Positions 27,221 through 35,567 of a stretch of 50,522 nt of DNA are shown here, piece by piece; position 1 is the first letter of the stretch; each line of letters opens with the position of its first letter. The translations under genes and the position numbers were made by a program. The stretch comes from Bacillota bacterium (GTDB lineage: Bacteria > Bacillota > Clostridia > Tissierellales > Peptoniphilaceae), in contig JAEXCD010000091.1 in the NCBI GenBank assembly GCA_023393715.1, positions 1-50,522 on the forward strand. Direction: 5' to 3'. The notes under the pieces were generated by a model that saw only the letters and a program-made list of their open reading frames with translations, ran no database searches and was not told where the DNA came from.

Positions 27221-27475
27221 ATGGGCGGTGAGCATTTGAAAGATCAGAACCTGTTACATGTGATTAAGGCGGAAGTCGAAGAGAACATCGGTCGACGCGT
27301 CATCCTGAGGGCCGACCGCGGCCGAAAGAGAATTGTAACCAAAGAGGGCGTTATCGAAAATGCATTTCAGGATGTGTTCACTGTGCGCATCAGCAATGAT
27401 TTTGACCGTGCGCGAACGGTGTCGTATACGTACACGGATATCCTGACTTCGACGGTAACCTTGACGATTTGTTAA
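27221..27475 (+). CDS. veg: Veg protein (DUF1021)
   Basis: IKAEVEENIGRRVILRADRGRKRIVTKEGVIENAFQDVFTV...RTVSYTYTDILTSTVTL parallels B. subtilis Veg, at about 84 aa. The start could be ATG 27221 or TTG 27235. The GTG at 27185 lies inside the promoter. Confidence 0.8.
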   Translation: MGGEHLKDQNLLHVIKAEVEENIGRRVILRADRGRKRIVTKEGVIENAFQDVFTVRISNDFDRARTVSYTYTDILTSTVTLTIC

Positions 27476-27487
27476 TGCAACGCTTGG

Positions 27488-27517
27488 AGAGGGGGCATGA
27501 GCCCCCTCTTTCATTTT
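27488..27517 (+). terminator. Intrinsic terminator after veg
   Basis: AGAGGGGGC (27488-27496), ATGA loop, GCCCCCTCT (27501-27509), then TTCATTTT. Confidence 0.75.
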
Positions 27518-27613
27518 CCGGCGAGCGATGCACTCAATGCTTCCGGCGAGTTATATAATCAGTGCGCTTTTGAGAAACGGGAGGCAGTACCTGCTGAAAG
27601 GGAAGAAGGAGCC

Positions 27614-28447
27614 ATGGAATTCGAAATTAAGGCAAATGCAAAAATAAATTTAGCGCTGGATGTCTTAGGGGAACGGGAGGACGGCTATCACGAGATCGAT
27701 ACCATCATGCAGGAGATCGACCTGCACGACACGATTACGATCGACGAGGGCCGCGGCGGTTTTGTGCTGAGCTGTGACAATCCTGCGCTTGAGCTGGACG
27801 ACCGAAACTTGGTGTACCGCGCCTGGGCTCTTCTCAAGGGGCGCGTAGAAAATCCGTCTGTCGTTATTCATATCGAGAAGCGCATTCCCATTGCCGCAGG
27901 GCTCGCCGGGGGGAGCAGCGATTGCGCGGCGACGCTTGTGGGGCTGAACCGCCTCTGGGGGCTGAACCTTGAAGTGGAGGAGCTGGCGGCGTTGGGTGCC
28001 CAGCTCGGTTCGGATGTGCCCTTCTTTCTATACGGCGGGACAGCCCGCGCAACCGGACGGGGCGAGATTATTGAACCGCTGAAGAGCTTTCGGGGACGGG
28101 AGGTGCTCCTGGTCAACTGCGGGGAATCGCTCAGCTCCCGATATGTCTACGAACGAGTCAAAACGGGCGGGCAGATTCCGATGGAGGAGCTGATTGAACA
28201 TATGGCGGCGGAAGCGCCTAAGGCATATTCGCTGATGGCGAATGTGATGGAGCCGGTGAGCTTTGAAAAAATTCCGGAGCTGAAGGATATCGTATCGGAA
28301 ATGGAACGAGCCGGAGCGATTGTGGCGCGAATGAGCGGCAGCGGGCCGACGGTTTTTGGCATTTTCGAAAACGCGGAAATTCTGGAGCAGGCGAAGAGCC
28401 GATTTGAAAAGCGCTATTCCCTTGTTTTTGCCTGTCATACGATATAA
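27614..28447 (+). CDS. ispE: 4-diphosphocytidyl-2-C-methyl-D-erythritol kinase
   Basis: KINLALDVLGEREDGYHEI and the GHMP kinase motif IPIAAGLAGGSSDCAA. ATG 27614 follows GAAGGAG. Conserved veg-ispE neighbourhood. Confidence 0.9.
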   Translation: MEFEIKANAKINLALDVLGEREDGYHEIDTIMQEIDLHDTITIDEGRGGFVLSCDNPALELDDRNLVYRAWALLKGRVENPSVVIHIEKRIPIAAGLAGGSSDCAATLVGLNRLWGLNLEVEELAALGAQLGSDVPFFLYGGTARATGRGEIIEPLKSFRGREVLLVNCGESLSSRYVYERVKTGGQIPMEELIEHMAAEAPKAYSLMANVMEPVSFEKIPELKDIVSEMERAGAIVARMSGSGPTVFGIFENAEILEQAKSRFEKRYSLVFACHTI

Positions 28448-28631
28448 AGCGCAAAAAAAGCCCTGAAAGGGGCCCGTAAAACCAAGGAGAAACGTTTTCT
28501 TGCATAAAAAGTGGGACGCGGAATGAAATCGCCCGATTGCGCAATGTTCTCAAAAAATGACGCAATATCTTGTGCTGAAAAAAAAGAAACAACAAATAGC
28601 TGATGACTCGTCAAAAAAATGCTTTTATGGC

Positions 28632-28660
28632 TTGAAGCGGCAAATCGAGTAGGATATAAT
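28632..28660 (+). promoter_or_regulatory. Sigma-A promoter of the VanY-like gene
   Basis: TTGAAG (28632-28637), 17 nt, TATAAT (28655-28660). Confidence 0.55.
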
Positions 28661-28720
28661 AACTATGAAAAATTTTAACATTCCGTCGGGATACCGATTT
28701 CACGCCGAAAGGGATTGAAT

Positions 28721-29746
28721 ATGAGCAATATCAGAGAAGAGATGCGCCGGGAAGACCGCCTGCGCCGCAGACAACATAAAAAAATACTCCGGATGAGAAG
28801 GCGCCGCGCTGTGGGACTGGTCGCGACGGTTGTTCTCTTGCTGTCCGGAGCTTTTATTGTATCAAAGTTTAATGAAAATTCCGCAGCGACGGGGGTCAGC
28901 TACAGCGCCTCGGTTTCCGCGCCGTCGGGGGCGGCGCCGCAGACCTCGGAATCGTCCCTGTCCATCGAGTACGTGACCCGTTCGGAGCACGGCGAGACGG
29001 CGCTGGCTGTACAGACCGAAAAGAAGCAGGCGGCCGGTTTTCAGGACACGCTGGACTGCTTCCTCGTGACGGCGCAGGATACGACGCTGTTCGCCCGAAA
29101 TTCCGCAAAGGCGAAAGAGGTCGCCGTTTTGCCCGCAGGAACGTACGTCGAGACGTACGGGCAGGAGGACGGCTGGACAAAGGTCGTCAGCGTAGGCCAG
29201 AGCGGCTATGTCCGCAACCGCGATCTGGCGGTGGTATCGGATCCCTATCTGTTTAAGGTGGTTTCCGGAAAGGTGATCGTCAACGCGACCTACGGACTGG
29301 ATCCGCAGTATAAGACGGTTTTTAACGAGGAAGCCGCTTCGGCACTTCGCGTTATGATGGAGGCGATGGAGCGGAGCGGGCTCAGTATTGAGGCGGGCGC
29401 GAAACTGCGCAGCGCAGAGGAAGAGGAGAAGGAGCTCGTTTTATCGGGAAATCCTTCGGACGCGCCGCAGCCGGGACACGCCGTATTTCAGACGGGGTAC
29501 GCCGTGCAGTTTTATGTGCCGGGAACGGATCCCCGCATCGATAATTCCTTTGACCAAACGCCGCAATATCAGTGGCTGAAGCAGCACGCTGCCGAGTACG
29601 GCTTTATACTTCGCTATCCGGAGGGCAGCGAGGCCGTGACGGGGTACCGCGCGGATTCGACGATTTATTACTATGTCGGCATCGAGGATGCGACGGCGAT
29701 TTCCTCGACCGGAGTGACGATGGAAGCGTACTACGGCGTAAACTGA
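28721..29746 (+). CDS. Membrane-anchored SH3b + VanY/LdcB-like (peptidase M15B) domain protein, predicted catalytically inactive
   Basis: Basic N-terminal tail, one TM helix, an SH3b-like segment (GTYVETYGQEDGWTKVVSVGQSGYVRNRDL) and a C-terminal M15B fold (QWLKQHAAEYGFILRYPEGSEAVTGY). The zinc and catalytic motifs are replaced: GHAVFQTGYAVQ in place of SxHxxGxAxD, and DSTI in place of ExxH. Confidence 0.7.
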   Translation: MSNIREEMRREDRLRRRQHKKILRMRRRRAVGLVATVVLLLSGAFIVSKFNENSAATGVSYSASVSAPSGAAPQTSESSLSIEYVTRSEHGETALAVQTEKKQAAGFQDTLDCFLVTAQDTTLFARNSAKAKEVAVLPAGTYVETYGQEDGWTKVVSVGQSGYVRNRDLAVVSDPYLFKVVSGKVIVNATYGLDPQYKTVFNEEAASALRVMMEAMERSGLSIEAGAKLRSAEEEEKELVLSGNPSDAPQPGHAVFQTGYAVQFYVPGTDPRIDNSFDQTPQYQWLKQHAAEYGFILRYPEGSEAVTGYRADSTIYYYVGIEDATAISSTGVTMEAYYGVN

Positions 29747-29790
29747 TCGGGACGGCGTCTCAGAAGAAAAACGAGAGAAAAGAGGCAGCG

Positions 29791-30801
29791 ATGCGCGTAC
29801 TTGTAACAGGCGGCTTGGGCTATATCGGTTCGCATACCTGTGTGGAGCTGAAGGCCAACGGACATGATGTCGTGATCGTCGATAATCTTTACAATTCAAA
29901 GAGGAATGTGGTCGACCGCATCGAAAAGCTCACCGGTTCACCGGTGACTTTTTATGAGGAGGATGTCTGTGACGAGCAGGCGATGGAGCGTATTTTCCGG
30001 GAACGGGAGATCGACAGCGTTATTCATTTTGCCGGCTATAAGGCGGTAGGGGAGTCGGTGTCACATCCGTTGAAATACTACGAAAATAACCTGCAGTCGA
30101 CGATCAGTCTGTTGAAGACGATGGATCGCCATGGAGTGAAGTCGATCGTGTTCAGCTCGTCCGCAACGGTCTATGCATCGAAAAATGTAAGTCCACTGCG
30201 CGAGGATATGCCGCTCGAGGCGATCAATCCGTATGGACAGACCAAGCGGATGATCGAGCAGATTCTGGAGGATCTGGCCGCAGCTGATCCGCAGTGGCGC
30301 GCCGTACTGCTTCGTTATTTCAACCCGATCGGCGCGCACGCATCCGGACTTCTCGGCGAATCGCCGGTGGGGATTCCGAATAATCTCATGCCGTACATCT
30401 GTCAGGTGGCGGATGGGCGAAGAGACCGGCTGCATATTTTTGGCGACGACTATGACACGCCGGACGGTACGGGTGTCCGCGATTACATTCACGTGGTCGA
30501 TCTGGCGAGGGGGCATGTCGCGGCGCTGGAAAAGAGCGCCGGCAGAACGGGCGCAGTCGCCTATAACCTGGGGACGGGCCGGGGAACCAGCGTGCTGGAG
30601 CTCGTCCATGCCTTTGAACAGGCCAATCAGCTGACGATTCCCTATGTTGTTGAGGGACGGCGTCCGGGCGATAATGCAACTGTGTTTGCCGATTGTGCCA
30701 AGGCAAAGGCGGAGCTCGATTGGGAAGCGACGTTGTCCGTGGAAGAGAGCTGCCGAAGCGCGTGGAATTACCAGATGACGTCAGAGCGAGGGAGAGATTG
30801 A
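29791..30801 (+). CDS. galE: UDP-glucose 4-epimerase
   Basis: VTGGLGYIGSH Rossmann motif, catalytic YGQTK and NPIGAH, at 336 aa. The ORF-track start 29572 lies inside the upstream gene. Confidence 0.9.
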   Translation: MRVLVTGGLGYIGSHTCVELKANGHDVVIVDNLYNSKRNVVDRIEKLTGSPVTFYEEDVCDEQAMERIFREREIDSVIHFAGYKAVGESVSHPLKYYENNLQSTISLLKTMDRHGVKSIVFSSSATVYASKNVSPLREDMPLEAINPYGQTKRMIEQILEDLAAADPQWRAVLLRYFNPIGAHASGLLGESPVGIPNNLMPYICQVADGRRDRLHIFGDDYDTPDGTGVRDYIHVVDLARGHVAALEKSAGRTGAVAYNLGTGRGTSVLELVHAFEQANQLTIPYVVEGRRPGDNATVFADCAKAKAELDWEATLSVEESCRSAWNYQMTSERGRD

Positions 30802-30805
30802 AATC

Positions 30806-30830
30806 GGGCGGCTTAGCCGCCCCTTTTTTT
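30806..30830 (+). terminator. Intrinsic terminator after galE
   Basis: GGGCGGC-TTA-GCCGCCC followed by C and a 7-T run. Confidence 0.8.
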
Positions 30831-30843
30831 ATGGGAGAAGCTT

Positions 30844-31524
30844 ATGTATCGAATTTTTGTTGTGGAGGACGATCACGCCCTGGCAAACAGCATACGGCGC
30901 CAAATCGAATCGTGGGGCGATGAGGCGGTCTGCGCGAAGGATTTTCGCCGCGTTACGGAGGAGTTTCTTCAGGCAAAACCGCATCTCGTCCTGTTGGATA
31001 TCAGTCTGCCGTTTTTTGACGGATATTATTGGTGTAATGAGCTGCGAAAGCGCTCCAGTGTGCCGATTCTTTTTCTGTCGTCGGCGTCCGAGTCGATGAA
31101 TATCGTCATGGCCATGAATATGGGCGGCGATGAGTTTTTGGCAAAGCCGATCGACCCGGTCGTTATGACGGCGAAAATCCGCGCCATTTTACGTCGCGTG
31201 TACGAAATGAAATCGGATCGTGAGGTGCTGCAAATACGGGGCGCCGTGCTGAATGTAACAGACGGCATACTCGAGTATCAGGGCAATCGGATCGAATTGA
31301 CAAAAAATGAATTTCGCATTCTGACCGTGCTGCTGGAGCAGCGAGGGAAGACGGTACGCCGGGAAACGCTGATGATGCGGCTGTGGGAGGATGACGAATA
31401 CATCGAGGAAAACACGCTGACGGTGAATGTTAATCGCCTGCGCAAAAAGCTCAGCGCAATCGGACTGGCGGACTGCATTAAGACGCAGGTCGGTTCCGGG
31501 TACCGGCTGGAGGAACAGGAATGA
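30844..31524 (+). CDS. OmpR/PhoB-family response regulator (BceR-like)
   Basis: Receiver domain (VVEDD..., LLDISLP) plus a winged-helix output domain (LTKNEFRILTVL...TVNVNRLRKKL). Lies upstream of a BceS-like kinase and a BceAB-like transporter. Confidence 0.85.
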   Translation: MYRIFVVEDDHALANSIRRQIESWGDEAVCAKDFRRVTEEFLQAKPHLVLLDISLPFFDGYYWCNELRKRSSVPILFLSSASESMNIVMAMNMGGDEFLAKPIDPVVMTAKIRAILRRVYEMKSDREVLQIRGAVLNVTDGILEYQGNRIELTKNEFRILTVLLEQRGKTVRRETLMMRLWEDDEYIEENTLTVNVNRLRKKLSAIGLADCIKTQVGSGYRLEEQE

Positions 31525-32528
31525 AGAGCAGGAGACGTTTTTCCGGTGCGGGTCTGTTCATAAAAAGTCATGGCGCTGAGCTGTTTCTGTCGTTTCTCTG
31601 GGTGGCGCTGTTTCTGGTCGCGTTCCATTTGTACGGGATAAAAGCCGAAGCGTTGGCGTACGCATTCGGGCTGTGGCTTTTGGCCGCCGTGCCGATAGGG
31701 CTCGTTCGCCTCATGCAGGCGCGTCATCGTCGGTCGGCCTATCGAGCCATGGCGAAGGCGCTGCCGGAAAGCGTGGAGGAGCTGCCAGACCCGCGGTCCG
31801 CCGTGGAGCAGGAGATGCAGGAGATGATGCACGCGCTCGTGATCCAGCTTAAACAGGAACGATTGCGCGCGGAGCAGGAGCGTCGGGAGGAGCTGGAATA
31901 CTATACGACGTGGGCGCACCAGATTAAGACGCCGATTTCCGTGATGCGCCTGATGCTGCAGGAATCCGATACCTCTGAGAGCCACGCGCTGCGCCTAGAG
32001 CTGTTTCGGATTGAGCAGTATGTGGGCATGGCGCTGGACTTTTTCCGATTGGACGGCGCGGCGCACGATTTTGTCATTCGTTCGGTTTCGCTGGACTCGG
32101 TAATACGGCAGGCGATCCGCAAGACAGCGGGGCTGTTTATTCATAAAAAGCTGTATTTGGACTATGAACCGACGGAGGAAGTGGTTTTAACCGATGAAAA
32201 ATGGCTGCTCTTCATCATCGAACAGCTCGTGACAAATGCGGTGAAATACACGGAGCAGGGCGGCGTTCGCATTCGCGTGCTGCCGGGGAAGCGGCTCGAA
32301 ATTCAGGATACGGGGATGGGGATCGCGCCGGAGGATCTGCCGCGCATTTTTGAAAAATCGTATACGGGCTATAACGGAAGACGCGAAAAAAGGGCGACGG
32401 GCATCGGACTGTACCTGTGCAGGAAGGCGTGCGATCAGCTGTCTCATCGCCTGTCCGTGCGCTCCGATTTGGGGAAGGGAACGACCTTTTGTCTCGAATT
32501 GGCGCATGCATCCATCGAAGTTGAATAA
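31521..32528 (+). CDS. Intramembrane-sensing histidine kinase (BceS-like)
   Basis: Two TM helices separated by only a few residues, with no extracellular sensor domain. H-box WAHQIKTPIS and N/G boxes NAVKYT, DTGMGI, GIGLYL. ATGA overlap with the regulator gene. Confidence 0.85.
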   Translation: MKSRRRFSGAGLFIKSHGAELFLSFLWVALFLVAFHLYGIKAEALAYAFGLWLLAAVPIGLVRLMQARHRRSAYRAMAKALPESVEELPDPRSAVEQEMQEMMHALVIQLKQERLRAEQERREELEYYTTWAHQIKTPISVMRLMLQESDTSESHALRLELFRIEQYVGMALDFFRLDGAAHDFVIRSVSLDSVIRQAIRKTAGLFIHKKLYLDYEPTEEVVLTDEKWLLFIIEQLVTNAVKYTEQGGVRIRVLPGKRLEIQDTGMGIAPEDLPRIFEKSYTGYNGRREKRATGIGLYLCRKACDQLSHRLSVRSDLGKGTTFCLELAHASIEVE

Positions 32529-32564
32529 ATCAGATTGGCGTAGATAAGGCTCATACTCACGGCA

Positions 32565-32600
32565 TGACAAAAATGTCACGCGAAGCAGCGGAAATGTCAC
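32565..32600 (+). promoter_or_regulatory. Candidate BceR-type operator upstream of the ABC transporter genes
   Basis: Perfect inverted repeat TGACA-AAAA-TGTCA (32565-32578). A repeat of AAATGTCAC (32571-32579) occurs again at 32592-32600, 21 bp apart. A weak promoter follows, with an extended -10 TGcTATTGT (32631-32639). Confidence 0.5.
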
Positions 32601-32660
32601 ACAAGGCGATGGCGAAGCATTCCGCTGTTTTGCTATTGTAAGAGCATAAGGAGGTATACT

Positions 32661-33428
32661 ATGCCATTATTAGAAGTGAAATCATTAGAGAAAGTATATA
32701 CGACAAGATTTGGTGCAAACCGTGTGAAGGCGCTGTCCAATGTGTCCTTTTCCGTTGAGCGCGGCGAATACGTCGCGGTGATGGGCGAATCGGGTTCGGG
32801 AAAGACGACGCTGCTCAATATTTTGGCGGCGCTCGATCGGCCGACGGCCGGAGAAATCCTGCTGGAAGGGCGTTCGATGTCCGAGATCGGCGAGAAGGAG
32901 ATTTCCGCTTTTCGCCGCAACAATTTGGGCTTTGTTTTTCAGGACTTTAATTTATTGGACACGCTTTCCATCCAGGACAATATTTTCCTTCCCATGGTTT
33001 TGTCGGAACGGCCGTACGAGGAGATGCAAAAGCGGCTTGGACCTATTGCAAAACGCCTTGAAATTCAGGATATTCTGGCTAAGTATCCGTATGAGGTGTC
33101 CGGAGGGCAAAAGCAGCGCGCGGCGGTTGCACGCGCGATGATCACCAATCCCAAAATTCTGCTCGCGGACGAGCCGACCGGCGCGCTCGATTCGAGAGCG
33201 ACGGACAATCTGCTGCGTATTTTTGAGCGGATCAACCAGGAGGGGCAGACCGTCGTCATGGTGACGCACTCGACAAAGGCGGCCAGCCATGCAAATCGCA
33301 TTCTGTTCATTAAGGACGGCGAAATATTCCACCAGATTTATCGCGGCAACGCGAGCAACGAGGAGTTATACCAGAAGATTGCCGACACGCTGACGCTGCT
33401 GTCTACAGGTGGTGATCGCAATGCATAA
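32661..33428 (+). CDS. ABC transporter ATP-binding protein (BceA/MacB-type)
   Basis: Walker A GESGSGKTT, signature VSGGQKQR and Walker B LLADEPTGALD. AAGGAGG RBS. Confidence 0.9.
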   Translation: MPLLEVKSLEKVYTTRFGANRVKALSNVSFSVERGEYVAVMGESGSGKTTLLNILAALDRPTAGEILLEGRSMSEIGEKEISAFRRNNLGFVFQDFNLLDTLSIQDNIFLPMVLSERPYEEMQKRLGPIAKRLEIQDILAKYPYEVSGGQKQRAAVARAMITNPKILLADEPTGALDSRATDNLLRIFERINQEGQTVVMVTHSTKAASHANRILFIKDGEIFHQIYRGNASNEELYQKIADTLTLLSTGGDRNA

Positions 33429-35397
33429 GCTGTTTTATGCGAAGCTGGCGGCAACCAACATTCGAAAGAATGCCAGGATCTACATCCCCTACATCTTATC
33501 CTGTATCCTGAACGTCGCGATGTTTTACATCATTTGCTCGATGGCGACCAACCCGGGCCTGTCGAATCTTGTGATGGGCGCGAGGGCGACGACAACGGTA
33601 TTGGGTCTGGGCTGCTACGTCGTAGCCATCTTCACCGTGATCTTTCTGCTGTACACGAACAATTTTCTCATCAAGCGCCGGAAAAAGGAGTTTGGCTTGT
33701 TCAACGTTTTGGGCATGGAGAAGAGCCACCTTTCGATCATGCTCCTCTGGGAAACGATCTATATTGCGGCGATCAGTCTCGCCGTGGGGCTTTTGGCCGG
33801 CGTTTTGCTCGATAAGCTCCTGTTTCTGGCGCTGCTTCGCGCGCTCGGCGCCGGCGTGGTTTTCGGATTCTATTTCTCGGTGAGTGCGGTGATCAATGTC
33901 GTCATTTTGTTTGGCATTCTCTTCGTCCTGCTCTTTTTGCGCTCGGTTGCCGCCATTCACCTGGCGAATCCGATTGAGCTTTTACTGGGCAGTGCAGTCG
34001 GCGAACGGGAGCCGAAGGCAAAGTGGGCGCTCGCCCTGCTGGGGCTTGCTGCACTCGGCGCAGGGTATTGGATTTCCTGTACGATCGCCAATCCGGTCAA
34101 GGCGTTTCAGCTGTTTTTCGTCGCGGTCATTTTGGTGATTGTCGGCACGTACCTGCTCTTTATGGCAGGAAGCATCACGCTGTTGAAGTCCCTGCGCAGG
34201 AATAAGCGCTACTACTATAAGCCGAATCACTTTATTGGCGTATCAAGCATGATGTACCGAATGAAGCACAACGCCGTCGGGCTGGCGAGTATCTGTATCC
34301 TGTCAACGATGGTGCTCGTCATGTTTTCCTCGACGACGTCACTGTTTATCGGGGTAAACGATCTGCTCGACAAGCGGTATCCGAATGATTTTGCGACGTG
34401 GACGATGTCGGAGGAATATCGCGATACCGTGCGCAGGCGGTTTCAGGAGAACGTGCCGATTGAGAAGGAAACGAGCTATACCGTGATTCAAGCCGCAGGA
34501 CAGATCGAGGGAACGGCGTTTACGGTGGATTTCGAGGCGGCCTTTGAATTGCGCGACAGTACGAAAGGCTTGGTGATTGTGCCGCTCGAGGACTATAATC
34601 GCCTGACGGGCGAAGCAAAAACGCTTCGAGAAGGAGAGGTTCTGCTGAGCGCGTATCGCGGGGTGTCTCAGTTGTCAGATATTTCGCTGAACGGGCGCGC
34701 ATATCGTGTCGCAGGCGATGCAACGGTGATCGCTACAGAGGAAATGGACAACTATGTGTTTGACAGCTACTTTATTGTCGTTCCCAGCTTCGACGAGCTG
34801 CGCGCCCTTGAGAATGCGCTGTTCGGAGCCGGGGATATATCGCAGCATGAAGGCATTCGCTATTACTACGGAGTAGATACGACCTGGTCGGAGCAGGAGC
34901 AGAGCGAGCAGTCGGAGCTCTTGTCCGAGAAAATTATCGGTCAGGGGGATGTGGGTCCGATTCGCTTTACGCCCCGAGTGGAGGCGGCGGGCTTTATACG
35001 GGAGATGATTATTTCGTTCTTCTTCCTGGGGGTGTTTTTGAGCGTGCTGTTTGTCATGGCGATGATTCTGATTATCTACTACAAGCAGATGTCGGAAGGG
35101 TACGAGGATCGCGAACGGTTCCGCATTTTGCAGCAGGTGGGCATGTCGCAGCGCCTGGTGCGTCAGTCCATTCGCTCTCAGGTGTTGACGGTGTTCTTTT
35201 CGCCGCTTCTCCTGGCAGTGCTTCACCTGGGCTTTGCCTTCCCCATTCTGGAAAAGCTGCTGATGATCTTCAGCCTGTTCAATACGGCGCTGTACATTCG
35301 CTGCGCAATCCTTTCGGCGCTCGGCTTCGGTATCCTGTACACTCTGGTCTACGCACTTACGGCGCGGCAATACTATCGGATTGTTCGGGTCGAATGA
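33421..35397 (+). CDS. FtsX-family ABC transporter permease (BceB-type)
   Basis: About 10 TM helices with a roughly 200-aa extracytoplasmic domain between TM7 and TM8. ATG 33421 overlaps the ATPase gene by 8 nt. Confidence 0.85.
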   Translation: MHKLFYAKLAATNIRKNARIYIPYILSCILNVAMFYIICSMATNPGLSNLVMGARATTTVLGLGCYVVAIFTVIFLLYTNNFLIKRRKKEFGLFNVLGMEKSHLSIMLLWETIYIAAISLAVGLLAGVLLDKLLFLALLRALGAGVVFGFYFSVSAVINVVILFGILFVLLFLRSVAAIHLANPIELLLGSAVGEREPKAKWALALLGLAALGAGYWISCTIANPVKAFQLFFVAVILVIVGTYLLFMAGSITLLKSLRRNKRYYYKPNHFIGVSSMMYRMKHNAVGLASICILSTMVLVMFSSTTSLFIGVNDLLDKRYPNDFATWTMSEEYRDTVRRRFQENVPIEKETSYTVIQAAGQIEGTAFTVDFEAAFELRDSTKGLVIVPLEDYNRLTGEAKTLREGEVLLSAYRGVSQLSDISLNGRAYRVAGDATVIATEEMDNYVFDSYFIVVPSFDELRALENALFGAGDISQHEGIRYYYGVDTTWSEQEQSEQSELLSEKIIGQGDVGPIRFTPRVEAAGFIREMIISFFFLGVFLSVLFVMAMILIIYYKQMSEGYEDRERFRILQQVGMSQRLVRQSIRSQVLTVFFSPLLLAVLHLGFAFPILEKLLMIFSLFNTALYIRCAILSALGFGILYTLVYALTARQYYRIVRVE

Positions 35398-35437
35398 GGA
35401 AAAGCGGATGTGCACGGTCAAAGGATAATGAGTAAAT

Positions 35438-35468
35438 AAAATCGCTCCCCGTACAGGGGAGCGATTTT
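35438..35468. terminator. Bidirectional intrinsic terminator between the permease gene and murJ
   Basis: AAAATCGCTCCCC-GTACA-GGGGAGCGATTTT, a 13-bp stem flanked by A and T runs. Confidence 0.8.
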
Positions 35469-35567
35469 ATTTAGCGCAGTCAAAACGAATCGGCGCGCAT
35501 GTGCAAAATGGCGCTGAATTCGGGGCGCAGACGAACCCGAAGCCACGGCGCGGAAAGCGAAAATACA

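Noticed and set aside
28536-28545. Perfect 10-bp palindrome ATTGCGCAAT in the ispE-VanY-like intergenic region
   Set aside because: It is a single short palindrome about 90 bp upstream of the -35, with only a loose second half-site nearby. That is too little to call a regulator site.
28665-28718. 17-codon upstream ORF (MKNFNIPSGYRFHAERD) overlapping the VanY-like start
   Set aside because: Its ATG sits at or before the predicted transcription start of the 28632-28660 promoter and has no RBS. It is most likely not translated.
30844-35397. Regulator-kinase-ABC module considered as a novel system
   Set aside because: The architecture is the well-described Bce-type peptide-antibiotic sensing and detoxification module: an intramembrane-sensing kinase, an OmpR-type regulator, and a MacB-like ATPase with a 10-TM FtsX permease carrying a large extracellular domain.
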